From Bacteroidales bacterium (GTDB taxonomy: Bacteria > Bacteroidota > Bacteroidia > Bacteroidales > VadinHA17): a stretch of DNA of 44,407 bases. The notes under the pieces are model-generated. The model worked only from the letters and a program-made list of their open reading frames with translations. It did not search any database and was not told where the DNA came from. Where the stretch lies: contig WFSC01000373.1 in the NCBI GenBank assembly GCA_015486185.1, positions 1 to 44,407 of the forward strand, in the 5' to 3' direction. Made by a program: the position numbers and the translations under genes. This document shows positions 8,735-17,178 of this stretch, piece after piece; within the stretch, counting starts at the first letter, position 1; each line of letters begins with the position of its first letter.

Positions 8735-10342
8735 ATGAAGTTAATTTCAACCCTTTTGATCTTTGCCCTGTTCGGATTGTTTTCCTGTGAGTCGCTTGAT
8801 GAGCCCAAGCCTGGCTTTTTGGATCCTGAAACGTTTCTCGAAAATCAGCAGGATGCTCTTGATCTATTGGCCGGGGCCTATTCAGGACAATATTCAATCA
8901 TGTCCTATTTGAAATCATGGATCATACTCAATGATATCGGATCTGATGATTGCGGATATATTTATGCTGAATTCCCTGACCGGGTACAATATGACCGTTT
9001 CATTTATGATCCCGAATACCGGGACTTCCTGAACATGTGGTGGCATCATTACATTATCATTAACAGAGCCAGTCTGGTCATTGCGAAGGTTTCCGATATG
9101 CCTGATTTTGCTTTCGACTCACCATCGATAAAGAAACGGATCATTGCCGAAGCCCGTTTTCTCCGTGCCTATAATTATTTCAACCTGATAAGGGGCTGGG
9201 GTGATGTCCCGTTTTTCGGCGACAACTATGTTTCTGATCCGGTAGGTGCCACCGATATGGACAGAACGGATGTAGAGACCATTTATGATTTTATCATCGA
9301 AGACCTTACCAAGGCTGAAGAGGATCTCTGGGACCGGGAAAAAGTAGAAAAAGGGAGAGCCACCGGAGGGGCAGCCCAGGCCCTTTTATCCAAGGTGTAT
9401 CTGACACGTGCCGGATGGAGGCTTGATGCCAACACAGGAGAAATGGTACAGGGGGATCCTTCCAACTGGGCAAAAGCGGCTGCCTGGGCCAAAAAACTGA
9501 TAGATGAAGGGCACTATGCCCTGATGGACAGTTTCAGACTGGTTTTCCCTGCCAGACCCGAGACGTATAGCTATGAAAACAATCCCGAACAGATCTATTT
9601 CGTCAATGCGGTGGAAGCAGGTCCCTGGTTTGAAACAAAAAAATATTATGGTCCCCGACGATTTGACAACCTGGGTGGCTATTCCTCTTACGTTGGAGAG
9701 ATAGAACTTTACAATTCTTTCGACTCCTCCGACAAAAGGCTCCCCGCCACCTATCTGATGTGGGTATTCGACAGGGATTTCAACAGACGTTTTAACCTCA
9801 ACGATCCCAAAGACAAGTGGTTTTGGTGGCCGGGACTCAACATTCCGCACATAGGAAAATATCTGCCGGATGAACCCTACTATGTGTATCCCCCCAGGGA
9901 AAACTTATCGGGCACCAACTATCCGCTGTTCCGTTATGCTGAAGTACTGCTGATCTATGCGGAAGCTGAAAATGAAGCCAATGGCGGTCCTGACGGGCAG
10001 GCTGTTGAAGCTTATAACCAGGTACGCAGAAGGGCCGGCCTCAGCGAATGGCCCAATGTAACTGATCCGGAAGGCAATCTCTATCCCAATACACAGGATG
10101 GTTTCCGGCAGGCTGTCCGCCAGGAAAGAAGGTTTGAGCTGGCCTTTGAATCCAAGCGCCTCTTCGACCTCAGAAGATGGGGCATCCTGGAACAACTGAT
10201 CAAAGACCGCGCTAATCTGCCTGTTCATACCCAGGAAGATGTGATCAGGGCCCAGAATATTACCAAATACCACAACCTGTGGCCTATACCTTATTACGAA
10301 ATACAAAGGAATCCGAAATTGAAACAGAATCCCGGCTTTTAA
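8735..10342 (+). CDS. SusD/RagB-family nutrient-binding outer-membrane lipoprotein
   Basis: The ORF track starts at 8696. I prefer ATG 8735, which gives the lipoprotein signal MKLISTLLIFALFGLFSC. SusD hallmarks are present: ARFLRAYNYFNLIRGWGDVP, LLSKVYLT, YAEVLLIYAEAENE, ERRFELAFESKRLFDLRRWG. Confidence 0.9.
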   Translation: MKLISTLLIFALFGLFSCESLDEPKPGFLDPETFLENQQDALDLLAGAYSGQYSIMSYLKSWIILNDIGSDDCGYIYAEFPDRVQYDRFIYDPEYRDFLNMWWHHYIIINRASLVIAKVSDMPDFAFDSPSIKKRIIAEARFLRAYNYFNLIRGWGDVPFFGDNYVSDPVGATDMDRTDVETIYDFIIEDLTKAEEDLWDREKVEKGRATGGAAQALLSKVYLTRAGWRLDANTGEMVQGDPSNWAKAAAWAKKLIDEGHYALMDSFRLVFPARPETYSYENNPEQIYFVNAVEAGPWFETKKYYGPRRFDNLGGYSSYVGEIELYNSFDSSDKRLPATYLMWVFDRDFNRRFNLNDPKDKWFWWPGLNIPHIGKYLPDEPYYVYPPRENLSGTNYPLFRYAEVLLIYAEAENEANGGPDGQAVEAYNQVRRRAGLSEWPNVTDPEGNLYPNTQDGFRQAVRQERRFELAFESKRLFDLRRWGILEQLIKDRANLPVHTQEDVIRAQNITKYHNLWPIPYYEIQRNPKLKQNPGF

Positions 10343-10353
10343 AAACTTATCTT

Positions 10354-11895
10354 ATGAAACAAATCAATAAGCTTCTGTTAGCAGGTTTCCTTGTTCTTTG
10401 CCCGGGATGGATATTACATGCCCAGATAAGAACCCTGTCTGTACGTGTCGCAGCCGACGTTACTCTGAAACAATCTGATCCGGACAAAAATCTCGGATAC
10501 CATCCAAACAATGCTGTATGTAACTGCGGACAGGAAACGTGGCTGAAATTTGATGTGGGTGATCTGGAAAATCAATTAATGCCCGGTGAACAGATACTGT
10601 ATGCCGAGGTCATGATGCGGGTATCCTGGAATGCTACGGGAGGGATCCGTGTCATACATCTCCGTAACGATGACAACTGGAATGAAGGTAACGGCACACA
10701 GGATCTGCCTGACAACCTTGACGGCATCACATGGAACAAGGCAATTACCATGACACCCACCATTGATGATCCTGCTTTTCATGACACACTTTACACAAAA
10801 GAACATTGTGGCCTGATGCCTGCAAAAGAATATTTCCCGGTGCTGCGTGCGCTGCAGAGTGAACTCAGTGATACCGGCAACAAGATAATGACTCTGAGAA
10901 TTATTCCCTATGCAGACACTACGGAAGAACAAGCCTGGCTGGGTTTTATCTCCCTCCAGTCACCGGTCTCGGCCTGGAACCTGGAAGTAGATGACGAAGG
11001 ATACCCGGTGGAAGCCCCTCATCTGTTCGTTTATGCAGGCGTCGCACAACAGAGGTTCAGTGATTATATCCATATGGGTGATACGGCTTTCTACTCCTTC
11101 CAACCTTCGTCTTTTGGTACCTGGCTGGTAGAAACAGATGAAGATGATCTGCGGCTTCATCTGGCCCAAAAGACCCGGGTGGATACCAATACCTGGAAAC
11201 CCGCTGCTTTAGCAATCTTCCGGGACACGGTTTTTGATAATCCTGACATCAATCTGCGAGCCAAAATGAATTACGTCACACCTTCCGGGATATTCTTTCC
11301 ATACAACGATTTTATCGTGATCTTCGGCTATACTGATGAAAACAATTTTTCTTATTTCGCTTTTTACGGCGATGATGAAAGCGGGACTTTCAGGGTTATC
11401 GACGGGAAACGTTACCGTATAGGAGAAGCAGATCCCCAGCCCGCCCTGAGCGACACCCTTTATCATAATTACAGGATCGTCAGGGAGGGATCAACGGTAA
11501 CCGCTTATATTGACAGTGCAGTGTATTATTCCGTAAGCAATGATTCATTGAATGTTCCGGGCAGGGTCGGAGTTGGATCCCACAACGATCCCGTTTTCTT
11601 TGATGATATATATGTTGAAGGATACAGTAGTATCACCGGGGTCAGACCTTTCCGGAAAGGCGCTTCCATTACTGTTTTTCCCACCATCGCTTCTCAGGAT
11701 GTTACGGTCAGAAGCACAGATCCGGTAAACGGGTATCAACTGTTAACGGTAAGCGGGAAAATGATCCTTGAAAAATCCTTTGCTCCCAAAAACATTTTCA
11801 ATATTGATCTTTCCATTGTTCCGTCAGGAATGTATCTGATCAGGCTGAGATGTAAGGGGAACAATTTGATAGTTAAAAAATGCATAAAAGAATAA
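10354..11895 (+). CDS. T9SS-secreted DNRLRE/CBM96-like plus LamG-like protein (paralog B of 3914..5545)
   Basis: The ORF track starts at 10279, overlapping the susD-like gene. ATG 10354 gives the signal peptide MKQINKLLLAGFLVLCPGWILHAQ. The protein is collinear with paralog A throughout (for example LSDTGNKIMTLRIIPY, GYPVEAPHL, FSYFAFYGDDESGTFRVIDGKRYRIGEA, YHNYRIVREGSTVTAYIDS). It has a variant Por tail: 'ITVFPTIASQDVTV...GMYLIRL'. Confidence 0.8.
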   Translation: MKQINKLLLAGFLVLCPGWILHAQIRTLSVRVAADVTLKQSDPDKNLGYHPNNAVCNCGQETWLKFDVGDLENQLMPGEQILYAEVMMRVSWNATGGIRVIHLRNDDNWNEGNGTQDLPDNLDGITWNKAITMTPTIDDPAFHDTLYTKEHCGLMPAKEYFPVLRALQSELSDTGNKIMTLRIIPYADTTEEQAWLGFISLQSPVSAWNLEVDDEGYPVEAPHLFVYAGVAQQRFSDYIHMGDTAFYSFQPSSFGTWLVETDEDDLRLHLAQKTRVDTNTWKPAALAIFRDTVFDNPDINLRAKMNYVTPSGIFFPYNDFIVIFGYTDENNFSYFAFYGDDESGTFRVIDGKRYRIGEADPQPALSDTLYHNYRIVREGSTVTAYIDSAVYYSVSNDSLNVPGRVGVGSHNDPVFFDDIYVEGYSSITGVRPFRKGASITVFPTIASQDVTVRSTDPVNGYQLLTVSGKMILEKSFAPKNIFNIDLSIVPSGMYLIRLRCKGNNLIVKKCIKE

Positions 11896-11941
11896 AAATA
11901 AATTTTTATCGATTCTAGTACTAACCTAAAAAGTTCAAATT

Positions 11942-14536
11942 ATGAAACACAAACTTTACATTTTCAGAGCATCCGTTGTGTTGCTGATGTTATTCCTCAC
12001 AGCAGGGATGTTATCTGCACAAACGGTGAATACCCAAATCACTGCGCAAACGGACACTTTCACAGCCACCTTTGATGTGGTTCCCTCAACTGCACCCATG
12101 AACGGTGGTGTTGGCTTCTCAAAAGACACGGTCAATGCCTGGAACCAGATGAGCACGATCCTGGGCTTCCGTTCCGGGGGTGTAATAGATGCACGTAATG
12201 GCGGCGGATATGAAGCATTGCAGACACTGAAGTATGAAGCGGGAAAAACCTATCATGTTGTCATGACGGTAGATGTCCCCAGCAAACTGTATAGCGTCAA
12301 AGTAACCCCTGAGGACGGTTTACCCGTAGTCATAGCCAAAGATTTTGCCTTCAGGGTAGATGTAGATACCCTCAATAACTTTTTCTCCCACAATGACTCC
12401 ATCATTGCCTGGGGGGGCGTTCACGGTGCCACACTCGATGTTTCAAATTTTCAAATCCTCACCGAGCCGGTGGCCATTGATTACCAACCCACCATCAATG
12501 TACCGGTTACACCCCGTGCCGACACTTTCACCGTATCATTCGACATAACACCTTCCGATGCACCTATGAATGCAGGAGTCGGCTTCTCCAAAGGGGCTGT
12601 CGCCTCGTGGGGTCAGATGAGTACCATCGTAGGCTTCCGTTCAGGCGGTATCATTGACGTCAGGGACGGTACCGCCTATAAAGCTCTTGAGGTTATGAAA
12701 TATGAAGCAGGTGTCACTTATCATGTCATTATGACCATTGACGTGGCCCATAACATGTACAGCGTTCAGGTGACCCCGGACGGTGGTTCACCGGTAATAC
12801 TGGCCAAGGACTTTGCTTTCCGTGTCAGCGTTGATACACTCAATAATTTCTTTACCCATAATGACACGCTGGAAGCCTGGGGAGGCGTTCATGGCGCACA
12901 ACTGATCTGTGAACATTTCAACATTGCGGATACGGTCATGACCATCGATAACAGTATCACGGTTGGCACTGCTATTAATACACCCATACCGGGCCAGACA
13001 GGACGTTTCGTTGCCGAATTTGATGCTGTGGCTTCGGATGATTCCATCAATGGCGGTTTGGCCTTCAGTGAACATCTGGCCGGAGCATGGGGACAGTTAA
13101 GCACTATTGTACGCTTCACACCCATGGGCAAGATCGATGTAAGGAACGGAAATATGTATGAATCGCTTTCCGATTATAAATATTACAAGGGACGTACCTA
13201 TCACTTTAATATGTATGTGGATATTCTGTCACAAACATACAATGTTACAGTGACCGGTGATGATCATGTCACGGTTAAACTGGCTGAAAATTATGCTTTC
13301 CGTATCCCCGCCGACACCCTGAACTACCGTGTGGTAATGATCGATACCAACCAGGCATGGGGGGGCAAACCCGGCAGCATGATCGATGTGACCAACTTCA
13401 TGATCCATGGCACCTATGCCCGCGCCAATATTTATCCGGCAGATACGCCTCCTGTCATTGACGGGGATCTCAGCGACGGTTTCTGGGACAACTACGAAGC
13501 GCACAACATCAACGTTAAACAACCCTGGCCCAATGCACCCTGGTATGGTCCTGTTGATTTCTCAGCATACTGGAAGGCTGCATGGGATGCAGATTCCCTG
13601 TACCTCATGGTCGATGTTAATGACTCCATCCTGTATAACGGAGGTGCTCCTGCCTGGAACCATGATGCGTTTGATGTTTATTTCGGCATCCTCAACAACC
13701 GGAACGGTCTGGGAGGAGGAGATCCCAAAGACAGTTCCAAGTTCATGTTCAATGTTCTGTGGCCTGACGTACCCGGTGGCAACGGTACCTGGAACAAGAG
13801 TTACAAATGGGTTGACCGTCAGGACGGAAAAGGTTATGTAGCCGAATTTGCTTTTGCCTGGAATGATCTCAATGCCAATGGTTACAACATTGATTTCACT
13901 GCCGGCACACAATTCCTTTTCGATATTCATCTGGTGGATGATGATAATCCTGCATGGGACGATATGAGCATATGGGCATGGAGTTCCCCGGCCAACTGCT
14001 GGGCAAACATGGATATGGCCGGTGAGGTAACCCTGGCTAACGCGCTGAATACGACCGATCTGCTTCATGCCATAGACAGCGCTGCCGGCATACTTGATAC
14101 GGCTACTGTCGGAAATGGCATAGGTGAATATACCCAGGATAAGGTGGATGCTCTCACCGGCGCTCTCGACACTGCCAGCACATTCCATGTGAACATCGCT
14201 CCGGCTACCACACAGGATGAGGTGGATCAGGCTACACAGGATCTGCTTGATGCCATTGCCGCGTTCACTCCCAATGTAACCGGTATCAAGGTAGTAAAGA
14301 CGGCTACTTTCACCGTTTATCCAAATCCTGTCCACGGCACCCTGACCATCTCCGATCTGGAAAATAATGTCATTATGGTTGAGATCGTTAATATGACAGG
14401 AGCTACCGTTAAACAGATCATGGTCAAAGGCCGAAATAATGTGACGGTCAATGTGTCGGATCTGACAAATGGAATTTATATTCTGAAAGTTATCTCCGGT
14501 AGTCAGATAACCACAAAACTGGTTATTAAAAAGTAA
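11942..14536 (+). CDS. T9SS-secreted multidomain protein: three copies of an uncharacterised ~145-aa domain, a CBM9-like domain, a FIVAR-like helical segment and a Por C-terminal domain
   Basis: 864 aa with signal peptide ...LTAGMLSAQ. It contains three internal repeats, listed as a separate feature. The CBM9-like segment is 'PPVIDGDLSDGFWDN...AAWDADSLYLMVDVNDS...HDAFDVYF...FDIHLVDDD'. The FIVAR-like segment is 'YTQDKVDALTGALDTA...QDEVDQATQDLLDAIAAF'. The tail is 'VYPNPVHGTLTISD...GIYILKVI'. Confidence 0.85.
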   Translation: MKHKLYIFRASVVLLMLFLTAGMLSAQTVNTQITAQTDTFTATFDVVPSTAPMNGGVGFSKDTVNAWNQMSTILGFRSGGVIDARNGGGYEALQTLKYEAGKTYHVVMTVDVPSKLYSVKVTPEDGLPVVIAKDFAFRVDVDTLNNFFSHNDSIIAWGGVHGATLDVSNFQILTEPVAIDYQPTINVPVTPRADTFTVSFDITPSDAPMNAGVGFSKGAVASWGQMSTIVGFRSGGIIDVRDGTAYKALEVMKYEAGVTYHVIMTIDVAHNMYSVQVTPDGGSPVILAKDFAFRVSVDTLNNFFTHNDTLEAWGGVHGAQLICEHFNIADTVMTIDNSITVGTAINTPIPGQTGRFVAEFDAVASDDSINGGLAFSEHLAGAWGQLSTIVRFTPMGKIDVRNGNMYESLSDYKYYKGRTYHFNMYVDILSQTYNVTVTGDDHVTVKLAENYAFRIPADTLNYRVVMIDTNQAWGGKPGSMIDVTNFMIHGTYARANIYPADTPPVIDGDLSDGFWDNYEAHNINVKQPWPNAPWYGPVDFSAYWKAAWDADSLYLMVDVNDSILYNGGAPAWNHDAFDVYFGILNNRNGLGGGDPKDSSKFMFNVLWPDVPGGNGTWNKSYKWVDRQDGKGYVAEFAFAWNDLNANGYNIDFTAGTQFLFDIHLVDDDNPAWDDMSIWAWSSPANCWANMDMAGEVTLANALNTTDLLHAIDSAAGILDTATVGNGIGEYTQDKVDALTGALDTASTFHVNIAPATTQDEVDQATQDLLDAIAAFTPNVTGIKVVKTATFTVYPNPVHGTLTISDLENNVIMVEIVNMTGATVKQIMVKGRNNVTVNVSDLTNGIYILKVISGSQITTKLVIKK
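12029..13410 (+). repeat. Intragenic tandem triplication of a ~145-aa domain (approx. 12029-12470, 12488-12925, 12965-13410)
   Basis: The shared pattern is F..FD..P......G.GFS.....W.Q.STI.GFRSGG.ID.R.G..Y......KYEAG.TYHV.MT.DV....YSV.VTP....V..AKDFAFRV.VDTLNNFF.HND...AWGGVHGA. By eye, copies 1 and 2 are ~65% identical. Copy 3 is clearly homologous but much more diverged. Confidence 0.75.
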
Positions 14537-14565
14537 CCATTCGTTAATAAATCAATTAGATGTTC

Positions 14566-14601
14566 AAGACACCGGCAGTTATATTTCTGCCGGTGTCTTT
14601 T
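14566..14601 (+). terminator. Rho-independent terminator after the triple-repeat protein gene
   Basis: There is a perfect 13-bp stem, AAGACACCGGCAG (14566-14578) with CTGCCGGTGTCTT (14587-14599), and an 8-nt loop. The stem runs into TTTT. Confidence 0.7.
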
Positions 14602-14635
14602 AACCCATTTATTTTTTTAAAAACCCAAAACAGGT

Positions 14636-17152
14636 TTGATAATAACACGATTTAATCTCCTAAATTTTTTACATTTACAGACAGGATCCGCCTCAAATGG
14701 ATTCAGACTTTTGCTGATCTTTCTGGTAACCGGTTTCATGACCGGAAGACTACAGGCACAGGAATCCACTGTCAAGGTCAATCACCAGGGAAAAGATTAT
14801 ACCCGGTTAAAATACGCATGGACAGCACAGTGGATCACTCATCCTGTTGCATCCACTTTGGATTACGGCGTCTTTCTTTTCAGAAGGGATTTTACTCTTC
14901 ATTCTGTACCGGATTCATTTATCATTTATGTTTCAGCCGATAACCGTTACCGTTTGTTTGTCAATGGCCGGTATGCCTGTTTCGGACCATCACAGGGGGA
15001 TCTGGCCCATTATCGTTACGAAAAGCTGGATATTGCCCGTTTCCTAACAACAGGCAGAAATGTCATTGCTGCTGAAGTGGTCAATTTCGGAGAATACCGG
15101 AGAGCTGCCCAGCAAACTTTCCAAACCGCATTTATCCTGCAGGGAGAAAAGAAAAACCCTGTCAATGTAAATACAGGCACTTTTCAGTGGAAAGTTTTAC
15201 GTAATAATGCTTACCAATCCATTCCTTTTACCAGCGATTCATTGAAAGCCTATTATGCTGCCGGACCAGGTGACCGGGTAAATGACAAGGACTATCCCCG
15301 GGGATGGGAAAAACCCGGTTATGATGACAGTAACTGGATGAGGCCGAAAAAAGCTACGGTAGAATTCGCTGTGGGTCGCGGATTTCTTTATGGCAGCACA
15401 TGGTTTCTGGTACCACGTATTATCCCTTTCCTGGAACAGACCATACAGCGTTTTCCACGTATCATCAGATCAAACGGAATAAAGGCAGATCCATCCTTCC
15501 TCAAAGGAACAGGGACTTTGACCATACCTGCTCATACACAGGTTTCCATTTTACTTGATCAGACTTTTCATACTACCGGATTTCCTGTTTTGCAATACAG
15601 CAAAGGGAAGAACAGCCGGATAAAAATAACATATGCTGAAGCACTGTTCAGGATTCATCCTGCAACGGGGCGTATATCGGATGGAAACCTGACATACGTC
15701 GATCTGAAAGGCAACCGCAATATTTTCAAGGATAAGGAGATCAGAGGGATCTATGACATAATCCTTCCTGCCGGCGACGACAACCGTCTTTTCAGGCCTT
15801 TGGGTCGCAGAACCTACCGTTTTGTACAACTGGATATAGAAACAAAAGACGAGCCACTGATCCTGAATGATTACCATAGTGTCTATACTGTTTATCCTTT
15901 CAGGGAAAATGCCGGATTCGAGAGTCCCGACACCATGCTCACCCGTATCTGGAAGGTTGCCTGGCGGACATTGCGCAACTCCGCTGCCGAAACGTTCCTT
16001 GATCCTTATTACGAACAGTTGCAATACATCGGCGACACACGTATCGAAGCATTGGTCTCTCTCTTTGTATCGGGAGATGACCGCCTCATGCGCAAGTCCC
16101 TTGTTCAGTTTAACAACTCCCGTATCCCCGACGGATTAACACAAAGCCGTTATCCATCCTATATAACACAAATTATTCCTCCTTATTCATTGATCTGGAT
16201 TGATATGATCCATGATTATTATATCTACCGGAATGATCCCGGATTTATAAGACAATTTTTACCGGGTATGCGTGATGTGCTTGAATGGTTTGCCTCAAGA
16301 ATCGACTCAAGCGATTTGCCTGCCGGTCTGGAATGGTGGAATTTTACCGATTGGGCGAAAGGGTTCCCCAATGGTATTCCTCCCGGCGCCGATGACGGAT
16401 ACTCGGCCAATGTGTCCCTCCAGTTTGTACTGGCATTGCAAAATGCAGCAGTGATTTTCCATGATCTCGGATGGGATTATGAAAGTAAAAAATACCGGGA
16501 AATGTCCCGATCCGTTATCCATGCTGTCAACCGGCTTTGTTACGACCCGGAAAAAGGGATGTATGCTGAAACGCCCAAAAAAAAGATCTTTTCTCAGCAT
16601 ACCAATATTTTTGCTATCCTGACAGATGCGCTGCCCCGGGAACGGCAACCTGCTTTGATGGAACATATCCTGACTGACCGGTCACTAATCCGGACCACTA
16701 TATATTTTAAATTCTACCTCTTTGAGGCACTTCATAAAAACGGCATGGGAAACCGTTACACAGAACTGCTTTCTCCCTGGAAAAACATGATCCGCAACGG
16801 TATGACCACTTTCGGAGAAACCGATATCAATCCCAGGTCAGAATGTCATGGATGGAGTGCCAGCCCATGCATTGATTTCATGCATATCATAGCAGGGATA
16901 TCTTCCGGTTCAAAAGGTTTTAAGACAGTGATCATACAACCTGCTCCGGGCCCCCTTCCCTGGTTCAAAGCATCCATGCCCCATCCCGATGGAATGGTTT
17001 CTGTTGACTTTTCCAGAAAGAAGAAGAAAAGAATAGCAGCCGTTGTTCATCTGCCTGATGCTACCAACGGCATCTTTATCTGGGAGAATGACACTATTCC
17101 CCTTCATCCCGGACCCAATGACATTCACTTAAAAAACAACCATCCTCAATGA
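14636..17152 (+). CDS. GH78-like alpha-L-rhamnosidase family protein ((alpha/alpha)6 six-hairpin glycosidase)
   Basis: 838 aa. The N-terminal 'FLFRRDFTL...IYVSADNRYRLFVNGRYACFGP' matches the rhamnosidase N-terminal domain pattern. The central motif is 'DPYYEQLQYIGDTRIE' and the C-terminal motif is 'SECHGWSASPCIDFMHIIAGI'. The ORF starts at TTG 14636. The only in-frame ATG would remove the signal peptide (LLLIFLVTGFMTGRLQAQ). Confidence 0.65.
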   Translation: MIITRFNLLNFLHLQTGSASNGFRLLLIFLVTGFMTGRLQAQESTVKVNHQGKDYTRLKYAWTAQWITHPVASTLDYGVFLFRRDFTLHSVPDSFIIYVSADNRYRLFVNGRYACFGPSQGDLAHYRYEKLDIARFLTTGRNVIAAEVVNFGEYRRAAQQTFQTAFILQGEKKNPVNVNTGTFQWKVLRNNAYQSIPFTSDSLKAYYAAGPGDRVNDKDYPRGWEKPGYDDSNWMRPKKATVEFAVGRGFLYGSTWFLVPRIIPFLEQTIQRFPRIIRSNGIKADPSFLKGTGTLTIPAHTQVSILLDQTFHTTGFPVLQYSKGKNSRIKITYAEALFRIHPATGRISDGNLTYVDLKGNRNIFKDKEIRGIYDIILPAGDDNRLFRPLGRRTYRFVQLDIETKDEPLILNDYHSVYTVYPFRENAGFESPDTMLTRIWKVAWRTLRNSAAETFLDPYYEQLQYIGDTRIEALVSLFVSGDDRLMRKSLVQFNNSRIPDGLTQSRYPSYITQIIPPYSLIWIDMIHDYYIYRNDPGFIRQFLPGMRDVLEWFASRIDSSDLPAGLEWWNFTDWAKGFPNGIPPGADDGYSANVSLQFVLALQNAAVIFHDLGWDYESKKYREMSRSVIHAVNRLCYDPEKGMYAETPKKKIFSQHTNIFAILTDALPRERQPALMEHILTDRSLIRTTIYFKFYLFEALHKNGMGNRYTELLSPWKNMIRNGMTTFGETDINPRSECHGWSASPCIDFMHIIAGISSGSKGFKTVIIQPAPGPLPWFKASMPHPDGMVSVDFSRKKKKRIAAVVHLPDATNGIFIWENDTIPLHPGPNDIHLKNNHPQ

Positions 17153-17178
17153 ACAAATATGCCTGAACAACTACAAAA

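Noticed and set aside
13562-14335. 257-aa ORF on the minus strand
   Set aside because: It lies entirely inside, and antisense to, the well-supported 11942..14536 gene. It has no recognisable motifs and is a shadow ORF. The same reasoning applies to 19912..20586(-), 9386..9850(-), 9905..10306(-), 15551..16024(-), 25898..26368(-), 26651..27106(-), 34495..34968(-), 42480..42926(-) and the other short antisense ORFs in the track.
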